DNA of 58,889 nt, filler included. It is 7 parts of 7 records of this genome, joined end to end, with 100 filler letters (N's around TTAATTAATTAA, not from the genome) between each part and the next. Parts side by side here need not be neighbours in the genome. Positions count along the whole stretch, not along the records: positions 41,972 to 50,832 come from SRR31147125_51246; positions 50,933 to 58,889 come from SRR31147125_51331; 5 more parts are not named here. One strand, given 5' to 3'. Below are positions 41,972 to 53,701 of this stretch, in pieces; the first letter of the stretch is position 1, and each line of letters starts with the position of its first letter. The notes below the pieces were generated by a model. The model was given only the letters and a program-made list of their open reading frames with translations, was not told the DNA's origin and searched no databases. The translations under genes were made by a program, and so were the position numbers.

Positions 41972-43156
41972 CGGTTCGTTTGTACCTGCTTTTACAATCT
42001 GCAAGCCAGCAACCAGGCCTTTGCCAAACAGTCCGCCAATTCGGTCCGAATGTTTTTTCTGAATTTCTGCCAGAGGTTGCAAAAGAACGGGTTCCATAGC
42101 AGCGGCATGTTCCACCATTTTTTCATCGAGCATGGCACGTAAATTAGCCAATGCCGAGGCGACAGGTAACGGACTGGCAGAGTGGGTGGATGTCATGCTA
42201 CCGGGTCCATAAATATCCATAATTTCCTGGCGACCAATAACAGCTGCCAGCGGTAGTGAAGAAGAAATTCCTTTACCGCACGCGATCAGATCCGGGATTA
42301 CATCATAATGCTCATATGCAAACATTTTTCCGGAACGACCAAATCCGGACTGAACCTCATCCATGATCAACAGGGCATCATTTTCTTTACAAAAGGCTTC
42401 CAGTTTTTGTGCATAATCCTTTGGCATAAAATAGGGTCCGACTCCCTGGAAACTTTCCGTTATCACACCTGCCACTTTTTTAGGTTCGATATTGTTCTTT
42501 TCCAGTGTTTCCAAAAACAGATCAAAACTTGTATCTTTTACGTTATAGCCATCTGGAAACAGCACATTGACAAAACCCGGATCAACATTGACAATCCATG
42601 TTTTCAGTTTATCCATACCACCGGCTAATTGAGCAGCCAGGGTTCGTCCATGAAAAGCATTGGTAAAACTGACAATAACATTTTTTTCTTTACCACCTTT
42701 ATTAACACCATATGTCCGTGCCAGTTTAATACAATTCTCGGTTGCCTCGGATCCTGTTGATACCAGAAAGACTTTGTCCAGGCCTTCCGGTGCGATGGAT
42801 GCTAAAAGTTCAACCAACTCGGCACGTTGTTCATGATAAAAAATATAAGTTGAAATCAGTTTATTCTCAACCTGCTCTTTAAGCGCTTTGATAATAGCAG
42901 GATGGGAATGCCCGGCATTGGTCACGAGTACACCGGAGGACCAATCCAGCCATTTATTACCCCATTTATCATACACCTGAAATCCCTCGGCACGGTCCCA
43001 AATAATGGGTGGCTGACCTAACATAGATTGTGGTTCATACTTTTCTAACTTTTGTAAAATTGGTAACGATTCTGGTACAGGAAGCTCAGTCTTTATACTG
43101 CGATATTTTGTTTCCACCAGATCAACTTTAACAGGCTTGCGATTATATTCCGCCAT
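41972..43156 (-). CDS. class III PLP aminotransferase (3'-truncated)
   Basis: STGSEATE, FHGRT, ITESFQG, LIMDEVQSGFGRSG, PDLIACGKG. Confidence 0.92.
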
Positions 43157-43299
43157 TAACGTTCTCCTTTTCTTCAATCGATTCGTACAGGAATGTCGGA
43201 TCTCCAGCTGGTATTATTGGTAATAATCTAAAATAATACCTGGATTCAATCTCTAATTCACATTCTATTTTTCTGTTTCATTGATTTAATTACTATTTA

Positions 43300-44592
43300 T
43301 CAAACTGATTTATATTCAGACAGCTCTTTAAAACGGACACAGGGATTTTCACCATACTCAATGACCACATCACGACCACCGCTGAGAATAGACATGCGTC
43401 CTGCTTCAACGACCAATTCATTAAATGAGCTGTTTGCCGGTGTGGCAATAATGCCTTCTGCGTCAATTTCCTTAATTTTCTCCTGGCGTTTGCTCAAACG
43501 CTCTGTTTCGCTGCCATCTATTGCATTCTCCTCAACCCGGTAAATGGCTTGAACAATCCCTTCAATGCTGCGGAAACCATAACCAACAGGTGTAAGCCCC
43601 TTGCCTCCACGTTCGATTAATTTAAAGTAATCCGGGCTGGGTTCATTGTAATAACTGTCTCCACTGGCGCTGCCTTTGTTAATATAGGAATGCTTTACAC
43701 CACGGTATTGATCGTCATGAAACATAATACCGCCTTCCTCTTTGCCTTGCATAAACAACCAGATACCCTGAGAGTTTCCACCGGCACCAACATTGGGATA
43801 GCCCATACCATTGAGCACAGATAGACAAGCACCGTTTTCCCAGATGATCTGACCATTTGTCCACAGATACCCCTTATTGCCATTGGGATATTTTTCAACT
43901 GTACCGTAAACCGAGACCTGAACCGGCAGCAATCCGGTAATCATATGAACCTGATCGACATAGTGACAGCCAATATAGGTAAACATATCTGAATTTTCAG
44001 TTGTACACCAATTCTGGAAATTGGAATCGCGATAATACCAGGGTTCGATGAGAGTGGCCATTCCCAGACGGAATTCACCAAAATCTCCGGACCGATATTT
44101 GAGTCGAGCCATGCCAACCCGGTCATCGAATCGTTTATGATATTCGACGCCAATAAAGAGTCCCCGCTCATAAGCTATTTTTTCCAGTTCTTTTGCCTGC
44201 TCGTATTTGAGAGTCAACGGCTTGACGCACAAAACATGCTGATCCTGTTCCAGCGCGTATTTTATGGCCGAATAATGTAACTGATCCGGCAATGCGACGA
44301 TCACGATATTACGGGATTGCATACCGGCAATAACGTTCTTGAACAAATCCGGGAAATTATTTCCTACCGGCTCATTCACATCCGGATAGGAAGTGAAAGT
44401 GTGTTGTGGAAACGCGGTTTTTAATGTTTCACTCTCCGCCAATGTTTTCAAGGGCGCTGAATTAAGTGCGCAAACCGCTATATCCTTTACAAGCCCATTT
44501 CTCTGTAATTGGTAAACAGATGGGAGAATTTGCATTTCTGTAATCATGCCACCACCTACAATGGTGACATCCATGGGTTTTGAAAATATCAA
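43300..44592 (-). CDS. Gfo/Idh/MocA NAD(P)-dependent oxidoreductase
   Basis: TIVGGGMI, VALPDQLH, HVLCVKPL, EYHKRFD, YIGCHYVD. Confidence 0.88.
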   Translation of the reverse strand: MIFSKPMDVTIVGGGMITEMQILPSVYQLQRNGLVKDIAVCALNSAPLKTLAESETLKTAFPQHTFTSYPDVNEPVGNNFPDLFKNVIAGMQSRNIVIVALPDQLHYSAIKYALEQDQHVLCVKPLTLKYEQAKELEKIAYERGLFIGVEYHKRFDDRVGMARLKYRSGDFGEFRLGMATLIEPWYYRDSNFQNWCTTENSDMFTYIGCHYVDQVHMITGLLPVQVSVYGTVEKYPNGNKGYLWTNGQIIWENGACLSVLNGMGYPNVGAGGNSQGIWLFMQGKEEGGIMFHDDQYRGVKHSYINKGSASGDSYYNEPSPDYFKLIERGGKGLTPVGYGFRSIEGIVQAIYRVEENAIDGSETERLSKRQEKIKEIDAEGIIATPANSSFNELVVEAGRMSILSGGRDVVIEYGENPCVRFKELSEYKSV

Positions 44593-44683
44593 CGAGTCCT
44601 CCTTTATTAACTTTTTTCAAACGAAACTTAAATCAGTAGTATACAATTGATGGACATATTTTTTATTAAAGCCATACACTTTT

Positions 44684-45922
44684 TTAGAATAATTCAATAA
44701 CTGCAAAATAGGTGGTCATTAAGGAAAACAGGATTACTGCAAAAACACCGATATTCATTTTTGACCCAGCAATATGTTCCTTCATGACATTCTTACGATT
44801 TATCAGTATAAAGACAGGAATCGCCACAGCCGGCAATATGCAAGCCTGAAAGGCTTGAGAAAACACCATCACAGCCGGAGGTCTTTGTTCCATAAATTGC
44901 ATACCAAAACAAAACAGAATGCCGACAAATCCAAGAATTCGATACATAGGAGATCGGATATTGCGTGGTTTGCCCGTATAATCACTGATGAGCCAGGGCG
45001 CAATTAAAATAATGGGGAAAATTGTGGAAAGGCCTGCGCCGGCAATACCTAAAATAAGTATAAAAGCAGCAACTTTACCACCAATTGGTTCGAAAAGATG
45101 GATCATTTCTACGGTATCCGTTAACTTGAGATTCATAACATGCAGCGTTCCAGCAGCCACAGCCATGATCACGCCACTCAGGAACAACATCATACCAGCA
45201 GAAACGAATGCATCTCTTTTTTCGCTTCCCAATTGATCAATCGTCCATCCCTTTTCTGCAACCACAGTACTTCTCATAATAAAGACGGCAGCCGAACAAG
45301 TTGTACCTGCCATCGCGGCGACAAGACGAAAAGCACCCGGACTGTCCGGAATACTTGGAACAAGTCCACTCGAAATAGCTGAAAGGCTTGGTTTCACCAT
45401 AAAAAAGACAACAATAAAGCAAATCCCCATAAGAATGACAAAAAATGTCAGGATTTTTTCAAATACCTGGTAACGGCCATACCATAACAAGCAATACAGT
45501 CCAATTACCAGGACAAAAGTTATCCAAAAGGTACTAAAACCTGTACCGCCCCAGATAAGCCGCGTACCCTCCTGCAGCAGATCGGATACAATACCCATGA
45601 CACCCATGAGAGCCAACAGCTCTCCAATTATCAGAGCAATCAAAATGTAAATCGCCAGGGCTTTACCGTACTGAAACTCATTTTTAATATTAAACAGAGC
45701 AGTTTTACCAGTGACCAGCGTCGTTTGCCCATAGGCTACCATAAGGATATAAGTAAAAACACAGGATAAAACAAGAGCCCAAAATAGCGTCATACCGAAT
45801 TCTGCACCGGATTTCGCCATTGTCGTGACACTGCCTGTTCCAATATTGTAACCAATCAAAAACAGACCAGGGCCCACAGCACTCAGGGCTTTGATGACTT
45901 TTTTAACTGTTTTGTTTTGCAT
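44684..45922 (-). CDS. Nramp/MntH-like (APC-fold) transporter
   Basis: GPGLFLIGYNIGTGSVTT, GAEFGMTLFW, AMAGTT, about 11 TM; start after GGAGAGG. Confidence 0.82.
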   Translation of the reverse strand: MQNKTVKKVIKALSAVGPGLFLIGYNIGTGSVTTMAKSGAEFGMTLFWALVLSCVFTYILMVAYGQTTLVTGKTALFNIKNEFQYGKALAIYILIALIIGELLALMGVMGIVSDLLQEGTRLIWGGTGFSTFWITFVLVIGLYCLLWYGRYQVFEKILTFFVILMGICFIVVFFMVKPSLSAISSGLVPSIPDSPGAFRLVAAMAGTTCSAAVFIMRSTVVAEKGWTIDQLGSEKRDAFVSAGMMLFLSGVIMAVAAGTLHVMNLKLTDTVEMIHLFEPIGGKVAAFILILGIAGAGLSTIFPIILIAPWLISDYTGKPRNIRSPMYRILGFVGILFCFGMQFMEQRPPAVMVFSQAFQACILPAVAIPVFILINRKNVMKEHIAGSKMNIGVFAVILFSLMTTYFAVIELF

Positions 45923-46002
45923 TCCAACCTCTCCATTCCTTGTAATTTTTATTACCAGCCAACTTTGGATTTGCATATTAAAAAAATAGTGAACTCTGTT
46001 CA

Positions 46003-49000
46003 TCATAGTCCATCAAAGACAGAAGTCTCTTTTTCCGGTACATTCACGAATGACTTGATCAAACACAACTTGCCATTTCTTGCATGATAGACACCCTGGC
46101 TCTGGAAATTTCGGATTACATATTCGGCCCATTCCATGCAGGTTCCCTGTGTGCCTGTTAAAGGAGTGGCCCGATGGATGAAAGATCAAGGGTCATAGGG
46201 TAAGACTCACTGGCCAAACAATACAATTTTTTTGCCTGCCAGGGTTCCAGCCCAAGTCGGGTCAATTGAGGCCATAAGTCAACCTCACCTCCCGATGTCT
46301 CAAATGCAGGTAAACCTGCCCGGCCGGAAACCTTGTGTCCGGGTTTATCATAATCACCAAAAACAGGGCCATGAATAATCACCACATCCGGTCTGTAAGC
46401 TCTGATAGCAGCCACCATATGTCGAACGACATTTTCTTCACCTTCCCACAACCTTTCGGTAAAATGATAGTAATCACACCCATTATTACCATTTTCAAAT
46501 TCGTTAAAATTGGAGCTGGTGCGTACGCCTGACATCCATACGTCCCGATCATGCTCCAGGTTATAGGTTTCTTCATACTCACTGCTATGGACATCACCCA
46601 TCACACCCACATCGACAATTTGTTTACCTTCATTCATCGTATAATGGGCTAAAAACGCATTCAGATTAATGGGCGAATCATCACCGTGGGCCAGCAGGAC
46701 CATCACATCACTTTTTGGCGCATTTCCATGCAGCACCTGCCAGTTAAATCCCTTGTTTTCTGAACGTAATACTTTCTCACGTTCACCTACAGCAACAATC
46801 CGACCTTCCGCATCAGCCCAGACAGATCGTAACCAATCCGTGTTTGTTATTGGGCGTAACGCCCAGCTTTTGCCACCATCTTCTGTCACCATCATCTGCG
46901 TACCTAATTCACCAACCGCATAACCGGATGTAGGGGTGACAAAATGAATACTTCTCAGATCCAGTAATTCCCTTATTTTTGCATCAAGAAACGTGGCTGT
47001 CGGCTTCCAGGTCTCGCCACCATCATGGGAAATAACAATGGAACCATTCTGGCCTACAATACAACCGGTAGCGCCTTCAAAGGTCACGTCCAAATAAAAC
47101 GGCCGGAATTGATAAAACTTTCTATCTGCTGCCGCATCCATTTTTGTCCAGGTCAAACCGCCATCCGATGTTTTTATGACAATCTCTGACTCACCCACAG
47201 CGACACCAAAAGACTCGTCTCTAAAGTCAATTCCGTATAACCATCTTTGGGTACCTGTAGTGGCCAGCATGCTCCAGTGTTGACCACTGTCCACTGTTTT
47301 TAATAAAAAGCCTCGTTCTCCAACGGCATATCCTGTGTGCTCATTAACAAAAGCCAGTCCAAATAAGTGCCGACCCCGTTCACCATATTGGCATTCCCAC
47401 GTTTTCCCACCATCCATAGTATGAAATATATACCCATAGCCGCCACGTTTATCATGCTGCATATCTTCGTTCTTAACAGCCATGCGAATGCGGCCACCAG
47501 CAGCCCAACCTTCCTTTGAATTGACAAAACAGACACGGTAAAGGTCAACATCGGCCTGAATATCCACAAACTGCCAGCTTTTTCCACCGTCTTCTGATCG
47601 TAAAATGGTTCCCATGGCACCGACTGCCCAACCTTTATCGCCAATAAACTGAACATCCATCAAGGGATATCCACCCTTTGCCGGATGTTCAAAAGCGTGA
47701 AAATGGTCCTGTACATCGATCGTACCAAGCTCATGATCAACTTTCTCCAGAATCTGTTGACAACGAACAAGTTCATTAATCGAATTGTACTTTAATCTGT
47801 TAATCTGCCCGACTAATGATGCGATTAATTTTTTATGCTTTTTAGAATAGGATTTTAATCTCTCCTGCATGGAAACGACTTTACGCTGCACACCGGGTTT
47901 TATAGCAGCCACAGCATCTATACGGATATGTGCCATATTTCCCAGGGTTGCGGGATTGAGGTAATCACCGGCTGTGTACAACCAGGTCTGCAGCTCTGTT
48001 TTTCGTTGATCTGCTATTTCGAACACCCTGTTCCTGAAAATATTCAATCCCCAAATGTCACCACAGCCAACAGGCACATCAAGGGAGCTCAATGGCAGCA
48101 TAATCTCAACACCCCATCCGCTTGCTGTATTAAAAAGATCAACTGTTCCGTCTGGTTGCCAGCTACGATCGGGAGCGCCAAATTGGTCATATTGTATACC
48201 ACCCAATTCACCTCGATTATTCACTGTTATCAAATAATACTTTTGATGAATAGTGTCTAAATTCGGATCGCGTGGCTGAACAAGTAACCAAAAGCCTTCA
48301 TGAGCATATAAAGCATCATCCTTAAAGACTCCATTCACACCTGCCATTTGCCCATGCATACCCTTGCCTGTTACTTTTGTATCCGTTAAACCCGGATCCA
48401 TTTTTGCGCCATCTGCTTCCAGGCAAAAACACAGGACATTGTCCTTAAAGCCGACTTTTGCTTGTGCGATATCCTTGTTCAACTGGACACCCATGCGATC
48501 AGTATGGTCAATCCTGGTCCAGGCCGATTTCTCCCATATCCTATTGTCTGATTTACTATTAATCGCAGGCATTTTTTCCAATTCCACAACAGGAAAAAAA
48601 TCATCTAAAGAGGTCGCTCGGATTTTCGGTTTTATTTCCTTCATAAATTCCGGACGGGGCCAGTAATATTCAACAAGTGGGTCACGCCGAACCATAATGC
48701 CTTGTTCAACGGTAACACCAATTTGTGGCTTACAAAGTTGAACTTTATGCCTCGAATCAATATAACTGGCATGTAAAAAATCACATTTCCAAGTCCAGCC
48801 CGGATTTGATGAATGATCCAGACCTGAAAAAGGAATGACCATTTCCACAAACCATTGATTTCCTTTTCGCAACGTAGCGACTTTGGCATGAGAGTTCCAG
48901 GAAGAGAAAAAATAACCACCACCATATGGATCATAATAGGAATCCCAAACAATACCATTGGCATTAATGGCAATAGAATAATAATATTCCCGGGCCCATT

Positions 49001-49433
49001 TAATGGTATCAGGAAGCCAGGGTTGCAGATTAATCTGGACATAATCATCGTTTGTGATAATTCCATCATGTTCCTGCAATCCGGCTGTTACAGCGTCCTG
49101 TTCGTAGACATTCCAAAAGAGCACTATTTTTTCCTGATCAAAAAGAACATTTACGTTTGTCTTTTCACCCTTTCCCGTGCTATCAATAAAGGCTCCAATG
49201 GTTTGTGACGTTTTCCATATCTCTTCAGACATTTTAGCATCAAGGTCAATTTTAATGTTATCGAACTGTTGCCGAGTGGCAGCCAATTGCTGTCCTGGTA
49301 TTGATTTTACAGAAATAAGCCGATTTCTACGAATAACACGATCTCCATCAGCAATATGTTTCTGCGCCAGGCCAGCTTGAAACAAGAATAACAGATTGAG
49401 TAAAACAGGAATAAAACATTTCATTTTTATCAC
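46003..49433 (-). CDS. secreted multidomain protein: two CBM9-like domains, YCF48-like propeller, PIG-L-like deacetylase (one indel at about 46171)
   Basis: Signal peptide; WFVEMVIPF and WGVEIMLPL..WGLNIFR; repeated (S/T)xDGGxxW; VLLAHGDD, IRAYRPDVV; one extra G extends the frame to FQSQG..SVFDGL and TGA at 46003. Confidence 0.8.
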
Positions 49434-49542
49434 TCCCTGCTCAAATGATGGAACCTGTCAGGTCGACCATCATTATGTTAATTACATACGCTTCTATCAC
49501 AAACAAAAATCGGATTAAAAACACAATAATAAAATAAACAGA

Positions 49543-50811
49543 CTATTTATCACTTGAATAAACAACTTTACCATTCAGGATGGTCTTTTTAATAACCACT
49601 TTATTGTTTTCCAGGGTAAAAAGAATCAAATCCGCCCGTTTTCCGGGTTTGATCTCTCCCCTGTCATTTAATTCAAACATTCGGGCCTGGTTTCTGCTGG
49701 TCATATGAATGGCATCAGCCAGGGAACATTGTGTAAAGTTCATAATTTTGCCAATCATGCTGCTGATTGGAGAAGCCGCCCCTGCCAGTACATTCTCTGC
49801 CGGGAATTTCACCACTTCCGGGGTCAAAAGTAATGTTCTACCATTTCGAATATATTCACCAGGAGGCATTCCAGCTAAATCCAGAGCATCTGATATAACA
49901 AGTGTTCTTTCCGGCCCTTTGACTTTGTAAAAAACCTGAACTTCTTCCGGTGTCAAATGATGGCCGTCCACGATAATGCTGGGACACATTCGATCATCAG
50001 CCAATTGTGGCCACAGGGGATTCTTGTGACGATTTATCATGTTGGCACACCCATTGCCAAGATGGGTCGCAATAACAGCACCAGCATCAATAGCCTGTTT
50101 AACGGTTTCAGCTGTGCCATTATGATGGCCCAGTGCAACCTTTACTCCTGCATTCGTACAATTTCGAATAAATGGAAACGCACCATCTACCTCTGGTGCC
50201 ACTGTAACGAGCAGGATCTTGTTGTCAGCTGCATTGTTGTATTGTGTAAATTCGTCCCAGGCAGGTGGTCTGACCCATTTTTTTAAATGCGCACCACGAA
50301 AACCATCCACCGGAGAAATATAGGGGCCTTCCAAATGATACCCGGGAATGGACAATCCAATTTCAGCATCTTTTGTCGCTGCAGCCATTTTTGCAAAATT
50401 TTCTTTTAATCTTGCATGACTATTGGTGATCAGTGTCGGGAAATAGGTAGTCACACCTGCTTTCCACAAGGCTTCTGTTGCTTTTCGCATATCCTGAACA
50501 GTTAAATCGTCACTACTAAAATCGATAGAAGCATATCCATTAATTTGAATGTCTATCAATCCCGGCGCGACATACACTTTTTGTGAGCCGGAATCTTTGA
50601 ATGAAGATATACGGTTTATTTCAGTGATTTTGCCATCCCTGATCCCGATGGAAACAGGTGCACCATCCAGATAGAATATTCCTTCCACTTTTTTCACATC
50701 TTTTGAAGCGGCAAATACATTGCTAATTGACATGGATAGTATAAGAGAACTGAATAACATTGTCAGACAAAGTAGTTTCGTAACAAGCTTAAAATTTAAC
50801 ACCATTTTCAC
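49543..50811 (-). CDS. nagA: NagA-like amidohydrolase with N-terminal signal peptide
   Basis: PGLIDIQING, FPTLIT, HLEGPYIS, GAH, TVAPE, ALGH, THLGNG, IVDGHH, ISDA, GKRADL. Confidence 0.85.
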   Translation of the reverse strand: MKMVLNFKLVTKLLCLTMLFSSLILSMSISNVFAASKDVKKVEGIFYLDGAPVSIGIRDGKITEINRISSFKDSGSQKVYVAPGLIDIQINGYASIDFSSDDLTVQDMRKATEALWKAGVTTYFPTLITNSHARLKENFAKMAAATKDAEIGLSIPGYHLEGPYISPVDGFRGAHLKKWVRPPAWDEFTQYNNAADNKILLVTVAPEVDGAFPFIRNCTNAGVKVALGHHNGTAETVKQAIDAGAVIATHLGNGCANMINRHKNPLWPQLADDRMCPSIIVDGHHLTPEEVQVFYKVKGPERTLVISDALDLAGMPPGEYIRNGRTLLLTPEVVKFPAENVLAGAASPISSMIGKIMNFTQCSLADAIHMTSRNQARMFELNDRGEIKPGKRADLILFTLENNKVVIKKTILNGKVVYSSDK

Positions 50812-50832
50812 ATTCCTTTTTCCATTATACCA

Positions 50833-50932
50833 NNNNNNNNNNNNNNNNNNNNNNNNNNNNNNNNNNNNNNNNNNNNTTAATTAATTAANNNNNNNNNNNN
50901 NNNNNNNNNNNNNNNNNNNNNNNNNNNNNNNN
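50833..50932. other. artificial contig spacer
   Basis: N44-TTAATTAATTAA-N44. Confidence 0.98.
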
Positions 50933-50933
50933 G

Positions 50934-51500
50934 GTCGGAGGAAAACACAAAGTCTATGTGACCATTTTAGGCCGGTTTGTCGAGCAGTTCCGGGACTTTA
51001 TCCCCGCTATTGAGGCGCATCTCAACAAAGAAGCGTTGGATACCGCCTGTCGATTGGCTCACACGCTGAAAGGGGTTGCCGGAAATATCGGTGCCCGGGA
51101 ATTACAGGATGCCGCTGCAGACGTTGAAAAAGCGATTCATGAAAAGGAGCTGGAAAAAGTATCGGAGGGGTTGGCGAAAGTCGATCCGCTTTTAACCGTG
51201 GTCCTCAACGGCATCACAGTCAGTCATGTACTTTCACACCTCAAAGCACCCGAGGCTGAAAAGGCAGATGGGCCTGTGGATACGGCACATCTGAAAACAC
51301 TTCTGGAAGCACTCCGTACCAAAGCGATGAAACGGATTCCCAAAGCCTGCAAGGAAATCATGAAAGAGATTATGTCTTCTTCTCTGCCGGAAGCGCATAA
51401 AGCCACCTATCAGGAAATGGATAAAAAAATCAAACGATACAAATTCAAGGATGTGGTGGGCTTGGTGGATCAACTGCTTGAAAGCGAAGATAGGGCGTAA
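50934..51500 (+). CDS. Hpt-domain C-terminus of a hybrid kinase (5'-partial)
   Basis: AHTLKGVAGNIGA. Confidence 0.88.
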   Translation, partial: VGGKHKVYVTILGRFVEQFRDFIPAIEAHLNKEALDTACRLAHTLKGVAGNIGARELQDAAADVEKAIHEKELEKVSEGLAKVDPLLTVVLNGITVSHVLSHLKAPEAEKADGPVDTAHLKTLLEALRTKAMKRIPKACKEIMKEIMSSSLPEAHKATYQEMDKKIKRYKFKDVVGLVDQLLESEDRA

Positions 51501-51519
51501 CGATTCAGAAGTGAAAAAG

Positions 51520-51574
51520 TTCTTTTTCCGAATAGTCTCTCAAACGGAGTTGACACCGCTACTCGGAAAAAGAA
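51520..51574. terminator. possible bidirectional terminator
   Basis: TTCTTTTTCCGAATAG ... CTACTCGGAAAAAGAA inverted repeat between convergent genes. Confidence 0.55.
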
Positions 51575-51590
51575 AAAATGCAAGATAGGA

Positions 51591-52103
51591 TTATTCCGCC
51601 GGGGGCACCATCATCACCGGTACCTTAGCCCCTTTGATGATTCTTTTGGCACGGCTCCCCAGAGAAGTGGAGCCTGAAAGCATGGTTTTGTTTGATCCCA
51701 TGACAATGAGCTCACAAGCCTCCTCATCGGCGGTTTCCAAAATGGTGTCAACGACCCCGCCGTCTTTAATCAAGATATTTTCAACCGCGTATTTGCATTG
51801 ATCGGTTTTTGCGGTTTCGGAGAGTGCATTCAGGGCATTGTGGATGGCTGCCAATTCACTCTGCTTTCCAATGAGGATGGATCTGGCTTGATTTTCATGC
51901 TTTTTGTGCATCATATCCCAGTTCTCCTTTCCCAAAAGTCCTTTGAGTCTTGCGTCCAGGGACTCAGGAACATCTTCTATGACATGGAGGATGGTGATGC
52001 TTCCGCAGTAATTGGCAGCCAGACTGGCCGCATAGGTAAATGCATGGCGACAATTGTCTGAAAGGTCGGTGGCAAACAGTATTTTGTTGAAGGATTTAAT
52101 CAT
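51591..52103 (-). CDS. universal stress protein
   Basis: KILFATDLS, ITILHVIE, LIVMGS, LGS..VPVMMV. Confidence 0.92.
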   Translation of the reverse strand: MIKSFNKILFATDLSDNCRHAFTYAASLAANYCGSITILHVIEDVPESLDARLKGLLGKENWDMMHKKHENQARSILIGKQSELAAIHNALNALSETAKTDQCKYAVENILIKDGGVVDTILETADEEACELIVMGSNKTMLSGSTSLGSRAKRIIKGAKVPVMMVPPAE

Positions 52104-52288
52104 GGGTCACTCTTTCTTTTTTTATTTTGATTCCTCAATATGGGTACACAGAATGTAAATGAGTCGCATGATCCTCAACGACTCATCAACACCTTATATA
52201 TCATAAGCACTTTGGTCAAACTCAATTTCCAATAATCTGGCGACCCTTTATCATAACGACAAATTATATGTAAATCAATTTTTAAAAA

Positions 52289-53701
52289 TTACTTTGCAAC
52301 ATTCACCACTTGAATGTTGGTGTATGCCTTTAATCCTTCCACACCGAACTCCGTACCGATTCCGGACATTTTAACGCCGCCGAACGGTGCCAACGGAAAC
52401 AGTTTTCCATGGGAGTTGACCCATACCGTGCCGGCTTCGAGCTGTCGGGCAACATCCTCAGCCTGTTTCGGATCATTGCTCCACACCGATGCCCCCAATC
52501 CGACATCCAGACTATTGGCTCTTTGAACTGCCTCTTCAACGGTTTTATATTTAATAATTGGTAATGCTGTGCCGAACTGCTCTTCTTTGACCAGATCCAT
52601 ATCATCCGTGACATTCGCCACCAAAGTAAGGGGATAAAAATAGCCCGGTTTTGAAAAAGGTTCCCCGCCGCAAAGAATTTTTGCCCCTTTGTTTTTGGCA
52701 TCTTCAACAAATTCCTTGATGGTATTAAGTTGCGGTGCATTGTTGAGCGGTCCCATCAAATTGGCCGCATCCATGCCGTCTCCCATGGGAATTTTTTCAA
52801 CATACGCTGTAAAAGCCTTACAGACGTGATCATAATCATCTTCGTGGACAAAAAGCCGTTTCAAGCATGCACAGGTCTGACCCGCATTGATAAAACATCC
52901 CCAGAAAAGAGGCTCCAACAGCGGGGTGATATCGGTTCCCGGAAGGACAATACCGGCATCGTTACCTCCCAACTCCAGGGTGAGGGTTTTCAAGTTGGAT
53001 GCAGATTGCTTCATGATACTCTGCCCCACACCGATGGATCCGGTAAAAACGATTTTATCGATTCCTTTATGAGACGCCATGCCGTCACCAATCCGATAAT
53101 TACCGGGCACGACATTGATCACGCCGGGAGGCAACACGGTATTCATCAACTCCACCAGCCGCAGGGTGGAAAGGGGGGTATACGATGCCGGTTTGATGAC
53201 GACGGTACACCCCACCCGAATGGCGGGCATGACATGCCATGCAGCAATCATCAGCGGCCAGTTCCAAGGCGTGATGGAGCCCACGACACCAATGGGGTTC
53301 CGGTACATCTCGATCCGCTCCTCATCGGTCTCTGCAATGAGCTCTTTTTCCAGCTTCAATGAGGCGGTCACCCGTGTCCATCCGATGCATCCTTCCACCT
53401 CAAGATTGGCACCGGGGCCGGACTGACATTTTCCTTGTTCCTGCGTAACCAGCTTGGAAAGTTCTTCCCGATGCTGCTCGACCAGATCTGCGATTTTATT
53501 CAACGCCTCCACCCGTTTGTCATCTTCCAGGGAAGACCATGCGGGAAATGCCTTCCGGGCCGCCGTCACTGCCTCTTCCATATGATCGAGAGAGGCTTTG
53601 GGGGATTGAGCAAAAACGTCTCCGGTTGCAGGATTGATCACATCAAAATACTCAATCGTCTCGATGGGGGTTCCATTGATGATTGCCACGTAGTCGGCCA
53701 T
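52289..53701 (-). CDS. aldehyde dehydrogenase
   Basis: ITPWNWP, KPAS, FTGS, LELGGND, NAGQTC, EEQFG, PFGGVKMSG. Confidence 0.93.
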   Translation of the reverse strand: MADYVAIINGTPIETIEYFDVINPATGDVFAQSPKASLDHMEEAVTAARKAFPAWSSLEDDKRVEALNKIADLVEQHREELSKLVTQEQGKCQSGPGANLEVEGCIGWTRVTASLKLEKELIAETDEERIEMYRNPIGVVGSITPWNWPLMIAAWHVMPAIRVGCTVVIKPASYTPLSTLRLVELMNTVLPPGVINVVPGNYRIGDGMASHKGIDKIVFTGSIGVGQSIMKQSASNLKTLTLELGGNDAGIVLPGTDITPLLEPLFWGCFINAGQTCACLKRLFVHEDDYDHVCKAFTAYVEKIPMGDGMDAANLMGPLNNAPQLNTIKEFVEDAKNKGAKILCGGEPFSKPGYFYPLTLVANVTDDMDLVKEEQFGTALPIIKYKTVEEAVQRANSLDVGLGASVWSNDPKQAEDVARQLEAGTVWVNSHGKLFPLAPFGGVKMSGIGTEFGVEGLKAYTNIQVVNVAK

